A DNA stretch of 15,908 nucleotides from a virus. A model generated the notes under the pieces. The model ran no database searches and was not told the origin of the DNA. It was given only the letters and a program-made list of their open reading frames with translations. The position numbers and the translations under genes are program-made. Of this stretch, positions 8,044 to 15,103 are shown in pieces; position 1 is the first letter of the stretch, and each line of letters opens with the position of its first letter. The stretch is taken from the UHGV virus genome UHGV-0361135, one strand, 5' to 3'.

Positions 8044-8694
8044 ATGAGCCTGAGTCCCGCACGGCAGCATCGCCTGCGCGTTCAGGCTGAACAGGCCGCC
8101 CGCGAGGGCGGCAGTGTTCGCCACGCGTCGGGCTATGACCTGATGCTGCTGCAACTGGCGGAAGACCGCCGCCGTCTCAAGGGCGTTCAGTCCACGGTCA
8201 AAAAAGCGGAAATCAAAGTGGAGCTGCTGCCGAAGTACGCCGCCTGGGCGGAGGGTGTCCTGGCTGCCGGAGGCGCACAGCAGGATGACGTGCTGATGTA
8301 CGTGATGCTGTGGCGCATTGATGCCGGAGATTATGCCGGGGCGCTGGAGATCGGGCGTCATGCCCTGCGTCATGGCTGGGTGATGCCGCTGGGTAACCGC
8401 AACGTGCAGACCGTGCTGGCAGAGGAAATGGCAGATGCAGCCCAGAGCGCAATGCTTGCCGCCACCGGCTTTGATGCCGATCTGTTGCTGCAGACGCTGG
8501 AGCTGACAGACGGACTGGATATGCCGGACCAGTCACGGGCGCGTCTGCATAAAGCGATTGGCGCTGTCCTGAGTGAAAGCAATCCGGCTTCCGCCCTTAA
8601 TCATCTCAACCATGCGTTACAGCTCGATCCCCGCTGTGGCGTGAAAAAAGACAAACAGCAGCTGGAGCGCAGACTGCGCAATGACAGCCGCTGA
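8044..8694 (+). CDS. M: Terminase small subunit (P2 gpM homolog)
   Basis: 216 aa; matches P2 gpM (...LMYVMLWRIDAGDYAGALEIGRHAL.HGW.MP...LHKA...GVKK...LER). Confidence 0.93.
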   Translation: MSLSPARQHRLRVQAEQAAREGGSVRHASGYDLMLLQLAEDRRRLKGVQSTVKKAEIKVELLPKYAAWAEGVLAAGGAQQDDVLMYVMLWRIDAGDYAGALEIGRHALRHGWVMPLGNRNVQTVLAEEMADAAQSAMLAATGFDADLLLQTLELTDGLDMPDQSRARLHKAIGAVLSESNPASALNHLNHALQLDPRCGVKKDKQQLERRLRNDSR

Positions 8695-8789
8695 CAGAAC
8701 GTGCCCCCGCGCACGGGCGGCACGGGGTGGCGAAAGGCTCTGCCACATCAAAACCCCGTCCACCGCCCTTTATTTCAGGAGAAAGCAGC

Positions 8790-9254
8790 ATGAAGTTTGT
8801 TGCGCCAGAACAGGCACCGGAACAGGCGGAAATCATCAGAAATACGCCGTTCTGGCCTGATGTGGACCTGTCGGAGTTTCGCAGTGTGATGCGCACTGAC
8901 GGCACGGTGACGCAGCCGCGTTTAAAGCAGGTTGCGCTGTCGGCAATTTCGGAGGTCAACGCAGAGCTGTATGAGTTTCGCAGACGCCAGCAGATGCTGG
9001 GGTATGCCTCGCTGGCAGAGGTTCCGGCAGAACAGCTGGACGGGAAAAGTGAGCGCATTCAGCACTATTTCAACGCGGTTTACTGCTGGGCACGCGCCAT
9101 GCTCAACGAACGATACCAGGACTATGACGCCACGGCATCCGGTGTGAAGCGAGGTGAAGAACTGGCAGAAGCCAGCGGTGATTTGTGGCGTGACGCCCGC
9201 TGGGCCATCAGCCGGGTGCAGGATGCGCCGCACTGCACAGTGGAGCTTATCTGA
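8790..9254 (+). CDS. L: Head completion/stabilisation protein (P2 gpL homolog)
   Basis: Start chosen at ATG 8790, which has an AGGAGA RBS at 8777-8782, rather than the longer track ORF from 8727. FWPDVDL..FR..MR.DG.VT..RL and the C-terminal VELI match P2 gpL. Confidence 0.9.
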   Translation: MKFVAPEQAPEQAEIIRNTPFWPDVDLSEFRSVMRTDGTVTQPRLKQVALSAISEVNAELYEFRRRQQMLGYASLAEVPAEQLDGKSERIQHYFNAVYCWARAMLNERYQDYDATASGVKRGEELAEASGDLWRDARWAISRVQDAPHCTVELI

Positions 9255-9457
9255 TGAAAGTACGTGCGCATCAGTATGACACGGTGGACGCGCTTTGCTG
9301 GCGTCATTACGGGCGCACGCAGGGTGTCACGGAGCAGGTACTGAAGGCAAATCCGGGGCTTGCCGAATACGGCCCCTTTTTACCTCACGGGCTGCAGGTG
9401 GAGCTGCCGGACATTCCGACCACCACCACCGTGCAGACCGTCCAGCTATGGGACTGA
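9254..9457 (+). CDS. X: Tail protein X (P2 gpX homolog)
   Basis: 67 aa; MKVRAHQYDTVDALCWRHYGRT.GV.E.VL.ANPGLAE.G..LPHG..VELPD closely matches P2 gpX. Confidence 0.93.
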   Translation: MKVRAHQYDTVDALCWRHYGRTQGVTEQVLKANPGLAEYGPFLPHGLQVELPDIPTTTTVQTVQLWD

Positions 9458-9460
9458 ATT

Positions 9461-9676
9461 ATGACGCTTGAGCGAATCAGCGCCTTTATCACGTATTGCA
9501 TCGCCGTCGTGCTGGCCTGGCTGGGCGATTTGTCCATCAAGGATGCCTCAACGCTGGGCGGCCTGATGATTGGTGTGCTGATGCTGGCTATCAACTGGTA
9601 CTACAAACACAAAGCCTACCAGCTTCTGCGCGACGGGCAGATCTCGCGGGAGGACTATGAATCCATCAGTCGTTAA
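9461..9676 (+). CDS. Y: Holin (gpY position), small membrane protein
   Basis: 71 aa with hydrophobic transmembrane segments and a charged C-terminus, located between X and the endolysin. It overlaps the K start by 20 nt. Confidence 0.8.
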   Translation: MTLERISAFITYCIAVVLAWLGDLSIKDASTLGGLMIGVLMLAINWYYKHKAYQLLRDGQISREDYESISR

Positions 9677-10169
9677 ACGCTGCCTTGTCGGGGCCGTGCT
9701 GGCTATTGCTGCCACGCTGCCGGATTTTCAGCAGCTTCACACCTCCGTGGAGGGGCTGAAACTGATTGCTGATTACGAAGGCTGTCGTCTGCAGCCGTAT
9801 CAGTGCAGCGCGGGTGTCTGGACCGACGGCATTGGTAATACATCGGGCGTCATTCCCGGCAAAACAATCACGGAACGACAGGCAGCAGAAGGGCTGATCT
9901 CCAACGTGCTGCGTGTGGAGCGGGCACTGGAAAGGTGTGTGAAGCAACAGCCACCACAGAAGGTGTATGACGCTACGGTGTCGTTTGCCTTCAACGTGGG
10001 AACTAGCAATGCCTGCAGTTCCACACTGGTGAAATTGCTCAATCAGCGGCGCTGGGCGGATGCGTGCCGACAGTTACCGCGCTGGGTTTATGTGAAAGGT
10101 GTGTTTAATCAGGGGCTGGATAACCGCCGTGCGCGGGAGATGGCCTGGTGTTTACAGGGAGCAAACTGA
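9657..10169 (+). CDS. K: Endolysin, GH24 (T4-type) lysozyme with an N-terminal signal-anchor-release (SAR)-like hydrophobic segment
   Basis: 170 aa; the N-terminal stretch CLVGAVLAIAATL is followed by the lysozyme catalytic region (EGLKLIADYEGCRLQPYQCSAGVWTDGIGNT), which matches the T4/P21 lysozyme E...D...T pattern. Confidence 0.9.
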   Translation: MNPSVVKRCLVGAVLAIAATLPDFQQLHTSVEGLKLIADYEGCRLQPYQCSAGVWTDGIGNTSGVIPGKTITERQAAEGLISNVLRVERALERCVKQQPPQKVYDATVSFAFNVGTSNACSSTLVKLLNQRRWADACRQLPRWVYVKGVFNQGLDNRRAREMAWCLQGAN

Positions 10170-10170
10170 A

Positions 10171-10548
10171 ATGAAAAAGAAATTAATCAGCGGGCTGTTT
10201 CTGATGTTATGGATGGCGCTGTTAATTGCAGCAATGGTGTATCCGCAGGGGATTTTTCCGGTACTGGCAGCGTCCGGCGTTTGGGTAGCCTGTTTACTGA
10301 CATGGGCGGTAATTCCGGTAGCACTGGCTGCGTTAATTAAGAATGGCTCGCTCTGGCAGGAGTTGAGGGCATCTTTGCTGAAGACCATTACCCGAAAAGA
10401 AAACGTATTTATCAGCTGGGTGATGCGATTGCTGATTGTCGTAAGTCTCGCCTGGACGGGGTGGGCTATTACCCTGGTCTTTTATCTACTGACCGTTATT
10501 GCCTTCTGGATCACCCGTAATCAGATGGCGCAACAGGTAGCAGCATGA
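10171..10548 (+). CDS. lysA: Lysis regulatory membrane protein (P2 LysA-like)
   Basis: Start chosen at ATG 10171 (MKKKLISG...), just after the K stop, with a GGGAG RBS. The protein is multi-spanning hydrophobic. The track's upstream extension from 10099 overlaps K and is unlikely. Confidence 0.8.
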   Translation: MKKKLISGLFLMLWMALLIAAMVYPQGIFPVLAASGVWVACLLTWAVIPVALAALIKNGSLWQELRASLLKTITRKENVFISWVMRLLIVVSLAWTGWAITLVFYLLTVIAFWITRNQMAQQVAA

Positions 10549-10973
10549 ACCGGTTGCTGCTGGTTGTGCTGGCGTTATTACTGGCGGCGCTGGGCTGGCA
10601 GACGTGGCGGCTGGCTGATGCCAGCCAGACCATCAGCACGCAGGCAGACGAGCTGCAGAGCAAAAGTCAGGCACTGGCAAAGAGCAACAGCCAGCTTATC
10701 AGCCTGTCCATTCTGACTGAAACTAATAACCGGGAGCAGGCGCGGCTCTATGCCGAAGCAGAACAGACCAGCGCACAGCTGAGACAACGACAACGCCGGA
10801 TCGAGGAACTGAAACGTGAGAACGAGGATTTACGCCGCTGGGCTGATACTCCTTTGCCTGCTGACATTATCCGGCTGCGGGAACGTCCGGCACTCACCGG
10901 AGGTGCAGCTTACCGTCAGTGGTTGTCCGCGAGTGACGCCGTGTCGGCTGGATCAGGCAGCGCCGCGCACTAA
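10545..10973 (+). CDS. lysB: Inner-membrane spanin (Rz-like, P2 LysB homolog)
   Basis: 142 aa with an N-terminal transmembrane segment and a long coiled-coil-like, Q/E/R-rich periplasmic domain. ATGA overlap with lysA. Confidence 0.85.
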   Translation: MNRLLLVVLALLLAALGWQTWRLADASQTISTQADELQSKSQALAKSNSQLISLSILTETNNREQARLYAEAEQTSAQLRQRQRRIEELKRENEDLRRWADTPLPADIIRLRERPALTGGAAYRQWLSASDAVSAGSGSAAH

Positions 10974-11103
10974 CGGTGATCTGAACGCATTGCTGGATGA
11001 AACGGAGGCCGCCTGGGCGGTCTGTGCAGACAAAGTGGACATGATTATTGCGTGTCAGGAGCGAAACAGTGAACAAACCACAATCCCTGCGCCACGCCCT
11101 TAA
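10816..11103 (+). CDS. lysC: Outer-membrane lipoprotein spanin (Rz1-like, P2 LysC homolog) embedded in the +1 frame of lysB
   Basis: GTG start at 10816 with a GAGGA RBS. The signal peptide has a lipobox (LLTLSGC) and the mature region is Pro-rich. The gene starts inside lysB and extends into the start of R. Confidence 0.8.
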   Translation: MRTRIYAAGLILLCLLTLSGCGNVRHSPEVQLTVSGCPRVTPCRLDQAAPRTNGDLNALLDETEAAWAVCADKVDMIIACQERNSEQTTIPAPRP

Positions 11104-11500
11104 TAAAGCAGTGCCTTATGTCCGTAATAACCCGGACAAACTGCATCTGTTTGTGGATAACGGTTCGCTGGTTGCCACGGGGGCCAGCTCCATGTCATGG
11201 GAGTACCGCTACACCCTGAACGTGGTGATAGAGGATTTCAGTGGTGACCAGAATCTGTTGATGGCCCCGGTTTTGCTGTGGCTGCGTGATAACCAGCCCG
11301 ATGCCATCAATAATCCCGCTTTACGGGAAAAGTTATTCACCTTTGAGGTGGATATTCTGCGCAACGATGTCTGTGATATCAGCCTTAACCTGCAACTGAC
11401 GGAACGTGTGCTGGTCAGCACTGACGGCACAGTGTCCAGCGTTGAAGCTGTAGCGGAACCCGATGAACCTGAAGAAATGTGGACGGTGAAACGTGGCTGA
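11069..11500 (+). CDS. R: Tail completion protein (P2 gpR homolog)
   Basis: GTG start at 11069 with an AGGAG RBS at 11057-11061. KPQSLRHALNKAVPYVRNNPDKLHLFVDNGS...RYTLNVV..DF.GD...L...VL.WLR.NQPD matches P2 gpR. Confidence 0.9.
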   Translation: MNKPQSLRHALNKAVPYVRNNPDKLHLFVDNGSLVATGASSMSWEYRYTLNVVIEDFSGDQNLLMAPVLLWLRDNQPDAINNPALREKLFTFEVDILRNDVCDISLNLQLTERVLVSTDGTVSSVEAVAEPDEPEEMWTVKRG

Positions 11501-11939
11501 ATTGCAGAAGGTGGACGACTGGCTGAGTGCCTTGCTGGCGAATCTGGAGCCAGCCGCAAGAAGCCGTATGATGCGCCAACTGGCGCAGGAACTTCGCCGG
11601 ACACAGCAGCAGAATATCAGGATGCAGCGCAACCCTGACGGCAGCAGCTATGAACCGCGACGGGTAACAGCACGCAGTAAAAAAGGCCGCATTAAACGTC
11701 AGATGTTTGCGAAGCTGCGCACCACAAAATACCTGAAAACTGCCGCCAGCGCCGATTCTGCCAGCGTGCAGTTTGAAGGCAAGGTGCAGCGCATTGCCCG
11801 CGTTCATCACTACGGCCTGCGTGATCGCGTCAGTCGCAAAGGACCTGAGGTCCGTTACGCAGAGCGTAAGCTATTGGGTATCCACGATAAAGAATATTAT
11901 CAAATCAAGGATACCCTATTTGAATGGTTATCTAAATAA
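11493..11939 (+). CDS. S: Tail completion protein (P2 gpS homolog); the 3' end is AT-rich and may have been remodelled by the adjacent insertion
   Basis: GTG start at 11493 overlapping the R stop. 148 aa in the expected position after R. Codon composition of the last ~20 codons shifts to AT-rich. Confidence 0.85.
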   Translation: MAELQKVDDWLSALLANLEPAARSRMMRQLAQELRRTQQQNIRMQRNPDGSSYEPRRVTARSKKGRIKRQMFAKLRTTKYLKTAASADSASVQFEGKVQRIARVHHYGLRDRVSRKGPEVRYAERKLLGIHDKEYYQIKDTLFEWLSK

Positions 11940-11942
11940 TAT

Positions 11943-11963
11943 AAAAATACATCTGTATTTTTT
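11943..11963. terminator. Weak AT-rich hairpin flanked by an A-run and a T-run between the convergent genes S and the TOPRIM-like gene; possible bidirectional terminator
   Basis: aaaaatacatctgtattttttc: ATACA/TGTAT-type dyad with an A-tract 5' and a T-tract 3'. It sits in the 25-bp gap between the two convergent stop codons. Confidence 0.35.
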
Positions 11964-11964
11964 C

Positions 11965-12816
11965 TTATTTCATTTCGTGTGGCATATTTATGGCTTTAAT
12001 TTTTTCGTGGTAATGATTAAACTCAATATGAGTATTGGTAAAATTGGATTCAAATGTATTCATTAAATTGGAATATAATGATTCATATGATAAGGATACT
12101 TTTTTTCCATTTTTTTCTGCAGTTGTGCTAATGTACCTATGTACTGCAGAAAAAAGAAAATGACCTCTAAGCCACTTTCTGTATTCTATCGATTTTGATT
12201 TGAAAGATGAATCGATGTTATCTGGTTCCACACCTAATTTTTCAATGATGGTGTTTTTGTAACTCGTGATTTTTTGCTCGCAAATTTCATTTGATTTTCT
12301 AGATTTCATGAAACGATCTGCACTGTCACCAATAACTGAAATGCCTTTTCTATAAATATGATTGTATATATCAAGTTTTATTAGGGGTTCCATTTTGGTA
12401 TAAAAGTCTTCTGTCCAAGAATCGACGTTGACATCGTTCATTATCTTTTGAGGTAATTTTCCGAGAGTTTTTATTGCCTTATATATGCCTGTTTTGTCAA
12501 TAAACGTGTTTTCGATGGAGTGCCCATAAGTTTTTACAATGCGACTATCAGCGTTTTCCTCATTTTCAAATGTAGTGAAGTCTGCATCACATGCAATTAT
12601 AATTTGAAGATCTTCATCAGTAACTCTATCAATATATTTTTTTAATTCTTCACAGCCGCCAACATCTTTGATTTCAACCTTTAATGAACTAGCTTTATTA
12701 AAGATGATTTCCCAAAAGCAAATATCATCTGGGCCTTCAACATAAACCATGGCTTCAGCTTGGTAAAATAAATTCATTACATTTTCTGCTTCGGCAGAAT
12801 AATGGAAATCATCCAT
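11965..12816 (-). CDS. OLD-family TOPRIM-like nuclease candidate (DUF4435-like; AriB-like or AbiLii-like), second gene of the island-2 defence operon
   Basis: Start chosen at ATG 12816 (MDDFHYS...), which has a GGAGA RBS 9 nt upstream and an 8-nt overlap with the upstream ATPase gene. The track start at 12900 has no RBS. The N-terminal VYVEGPDD (Glu at about residue 27) and the later IIACDADF (DxD) fit a TOPRIM catalytic E...DxD arrangement. Strongly AT-rich. Confidence 0.75.
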   Translation of the reverse strand: MDDFHYSAEAENVMNLFYQAEAMVYVEGPDDICFWEIIFNKASSLKVEIKDVGGCEELKKYIDRVTDEDLQIIIACDADFTTFENEENADSRIVKTYGHSIENTFIDKTGIYKAIKTLGKLPQKIMNDVNVDSWTEDFYTKMEPLIKLDIYNHIYRKGISVIGDSADRFMKSRKSNEICEQKITSYKNTIIEKLGVEPDNIDSSFKSKSIEYRKWLRGHFLFSAVHRYISTTAEKNGKKVSLSYESLYSNLMNTFESNFTNTHIEFNHYHEKIKAINMPHEMK

Positions 12817-14068
12817 GAACCAATTTCTCCATATCAAAGATTGCATTTCGATATTTAGAAGCCACTTCTGGTGAATGCGTAGCGGCGATAATTTGCGCAT
12901 TAGGATTAAGTTGTTTGATTGCAGGTATTATTTTTCGTTGCCATGCAATATGTAGCGATAATTCTGGTTCATCAGTAAGATAGATGAAAGGTTTGTTTTG
13001 CTGTAGCAAAGTTTCAATAAAAAGAATTAATAGCTGTTTTTCACCAGACGATAAATTACTATGGCTAATCGGCCCATGCTCGTTTTCTATTACTAGCTCA
13101 CCGGAGATAAAATTAAATTTTTTATCGGTTATGAACTCATGTAATGTTTCTAAAAATAGATTTATAGGAAGAAATATGTTTTTTATTTTCTCCTCGGATT
13201 TTAAAGACATCTTTATAATTCTTTGCGTCTTTCGTAATGCCTCAAATGATCTGTAATCTACATTTAAAATATTTCTGTTATTTTTTTCTGCAAGTCGTAA
13301 TTCTTCAAATGTTTTGGCAATAGATTCAACGTGAAAGTTAATCTTCTTTCTGACATCACTATCAAAAGCTCCAAGCTGAGAATATGCAGCTATTAAATTT
13401 CTACGTTCTTTTTCTTTATCAAAAGAAAAGTTAAATGTGTCATCGATACCATCTTCTTTACTATAAAGAATAGAAGCAAGAACCTCTTTCTGTAATATTG
13501 CAGAAACATCACGAGCTCTTTGTGATAAATAAAGTTGATATTTTGTTAGATTCTGCAATAATTGTTCTAATCGGTAATCAACAGGGTTGATTAATTTTGA
13601 GCCATATTTGTCTCTGATTTCAAAATCTTCACCGCTTCTAAGTCGGTAAACTGATAGAGAAGATAAAGCAACTAATTTATCTAACTCTAACTTAAGTTTT
13701 TCAACGTCTTCCTGATATTTTCTCCTCATATATATAGGTAGTCTACGATCTTCAAAGGATCTGATAATATATTTCTTTCTAGAAATTGTATATTCAAACG
13801 TAGGCAAAGCTTTAGTTATGTCAAATTTACTCACAACTTTTATTGTTTTAGTTTTGCTTCCTTCTTTTATTTTTATTGTTACATTATCAAAACTATTCTC
13901 ATTTAGTGATTCGAGTTCTAATGCCAGAACTGAGTGAAGAATATTCATAAAGGTTGTTTTACCGGTCCCATTTCGACCAATAATAATATTTACATCTTCA
14001 TTAAATGAACATGATGCATTTAGTCTTCCCCAAAAACCTTCAATCTTGACACTAGATAATCTAAACAT
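12809..14068 (-). CDS. ABC/AAA_21-type ATPase (419 aa; AriA-like or AbiLi-like, OLD-family ATPase-like), first gene of the island-2 defence operon
   Basis: AAGGA RBS 5 nt before the ATG at 14068. Walker A GRNGTGKTT near the N-terminus, ABC signature-like LSSGEKQLL, Walker B IYLTDEPELSLH and H-loop AATHSP near the C-terminus. Strongly AT-rich relative to the flanking phage genes. Confidence 0.85.
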   Translation of the reverse strand: MFRLSSVKIEGFWGRLNASCSFNEDVNIIIGRNGTGKTTFMNILHSVLALELESLNENSFDNVTIKIKEGSKTKTIKVVSKFDITKALPTFEYTISRKKYIIRSFEDRRLPIYMRRKYQEDVEKLKLELDKLVALSSLSVYRLRSGEDFEIRDKYGSKLINPVDYRLEQLLQNLTKYQLYLSQRARDVSAILQKEVLASILYSKEDGIDDTFNFSFDKEKERRNLIAAYSQLGAFDSDVRKKINFHVESIAKTFEELRLAEKNNRNILNVDYRSFEALRKTQRIIKMSLKSEEKIKNIFLPINLFLETLHEFITDKKFNFISGELVIENEHGPISHSNLSSGEKQLLILFIETLLQQNKPFIYLTDEPELSLHIAWQRKIIPAIKQLNPNAQIIAATHSPEVASKYRNAIFDMEKLVHG

Positions 14069-14104
14069 AGGAATCCTTTATTTAGTCCATGAGTAAATGC
14101 ACTT

Positions 14105-14122
14105 TGTATCATAACTGGCACA
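14105..14122. promoter_or_regulatory. TGT-N12-ACA dyad in the AT-rich intergenic region upstream of V; candidate late-activator site (P_V-like), with spacing to the V start shorter than expected
   Basis: TGT at 14105-14107, 12-nt spacer atcataactggc, ACA at 14120-14122. The centre is only about 55 bp from the V ATG at 14169, so either the leader is very short or the site is fortuitous. Confidence 0.35.
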
Positions 14123-14168
14123 AAACTAAAGAGTTTTTTTATCAATCTTATCTCGGCATGATTAAATT

Positions 14169-14747
14169 ATGAACGCACAATTAACCGAAATCATGCGCCT
14201 TATCACCAACCTGATCCGCACTGGTGTAGTCACCGAAGTGGACCGGGAACACTGGCTTTGTCGGGTGAAAACGGGCGACCTTGAAACCAACTGGATTAAC
14301 TGGCTGACGCTGCGCGCGGGTAATGCCCGCACATGGTGGCGACCATCGGAAGGTGAGCAGGTGGTGCTGCTGAGTCTGGGCGGCAATCTGGAAACCGCCT
14401 TTGCGCTGCCCGCTGTCTATTCGAATCAGTTCGCACCACCGTCAGCGTCGGTGGACGCCTGTGTGACAGAACATCCTGACGGTGGCTGGTTTGAATACGA
14501 ACCCGCTACCGGGCGCTGGTATGTCAGGGGAATCAAATCCATGGTCATTGAAGCTGCCGACAACATCACCCTGAAAACCAGTGAGTTTGTACTGGAGGCT
14601 GACCGCACACGCATTAACAGCGAAGTAGTGATCAATGGTGGTGTTACCCAGGGCGGCGGTGCAATGAGTTCTAACGGAATTGTGGTTGATGCACATCAGC
14701 ATACTGGCGTCCTGAAAGGCGGCGACACAACCGGAGGCCCGGTATGA
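14169..14747 (+). CDS. V: Baseplate assembly / spike protein (P2 gpV homolog)
   Basis: 192 aa; MN....E..R.I.N.IRTG...E.D.....CRV.TG.....W..WLT.RAG..RTWW.PS.GEQV.....GG.L.TAF.LP..YS matches P2 gpV. Confidence 0.92.
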   Translation: MNAQLTEIMRLITNLIRTGVVTEVDREHWLCRVKTGDLETNWINWLTLRAGNARTWWRPSEGEQVVLLSLGGNLETAFALPAVYSNQFAPPSASVDACVTEHPDGGWFEYEPATGRWYVRGIKSMVIEAADNITLKTSEFVLEADRTRINSEVVINGGVTQGGGAMSSNGIVVDAHQHTGVLKGGDTTGGPV

Positions 14748-15103
14748 CGCTTTATAGCGGGATGAACAATACCAGCGGTAAAGCCATTACTGATATTGAC
14801 CATCTGCGCCAGTCGGTGCGGGACATTTTGCTGACGCCGCAGGGTAGCCGCATTGCCCGTCGGGAATATGGTTCCCTGCTGTCGGCACTGATAGACCAGC
14901 CACAAAATCCGGCATTACGCCTGCAGGTCATGTCGGCAGTGTATGTGGCGCTGAGTCGCTGGGAGCCACGGCTGACGCTGGATTCCATCACCATTAAAAG
15001 CAATTTTGACGGTTCAATGGTGGTGGGGCTGACCGGGCGGCGTAATAACGGTGTGCCTGTTTCCCTTTCCGTATCAACAGGAGCAGAGAATGGCAGTGAT
15101 TGA
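14744..15103 (+). CDS. W: Baseplate assembly protein (P2 gpW homolog, gp25-like)
   Basis: 119 aa, ATGA overlap with V, GGAGG RBS at 14733-14737. Conserved position between V and J. Confidence 0.9.
   Translation: MTLYSGMNNTSGKAITDIDHLRQSVRDILLTPQGSRIARREYGSLLSALIDQPQNPALRLQVMSAVYVALSRWEPRLTLDSITIKSNFDGSMVVGLTGRRNNGVPVSLSVSTGAENGSD

Noticed and set aside
8695-8789. GC-rich imperfect dyads between M and L
   Set aside because: No clean stem-loop with a U-tract; M and L are expected to be co-transcribed, so I did not call a terminator.
7891-9058. Minus-strand ORFs of 160, 107, 70 and 150 aa
   Set aside because: Antisense to N, M and L; no independent support.
10099-10170. N-terminal extension of lysA
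   Set aside because: Overlaps the endolysin C-terminus in another frame; the ATG at 10171 directly follows the K stop and begins the hydrophobic LysA-like sequence.
11773-12066. 97-aa plus-strand ORF spanning the S stop into the AT-rich island
   Set aside because: Out of frame with S and overlapping the 3' end of the TOPRIM-like gene; the translation is Phe/Ile-rich AT-frame noise.
12984-13256. 90-aa plus-strand ORF
   Set aside because: Embedded antisense inside the ATPase gene of the defence operon; AT-rich frame artefact.
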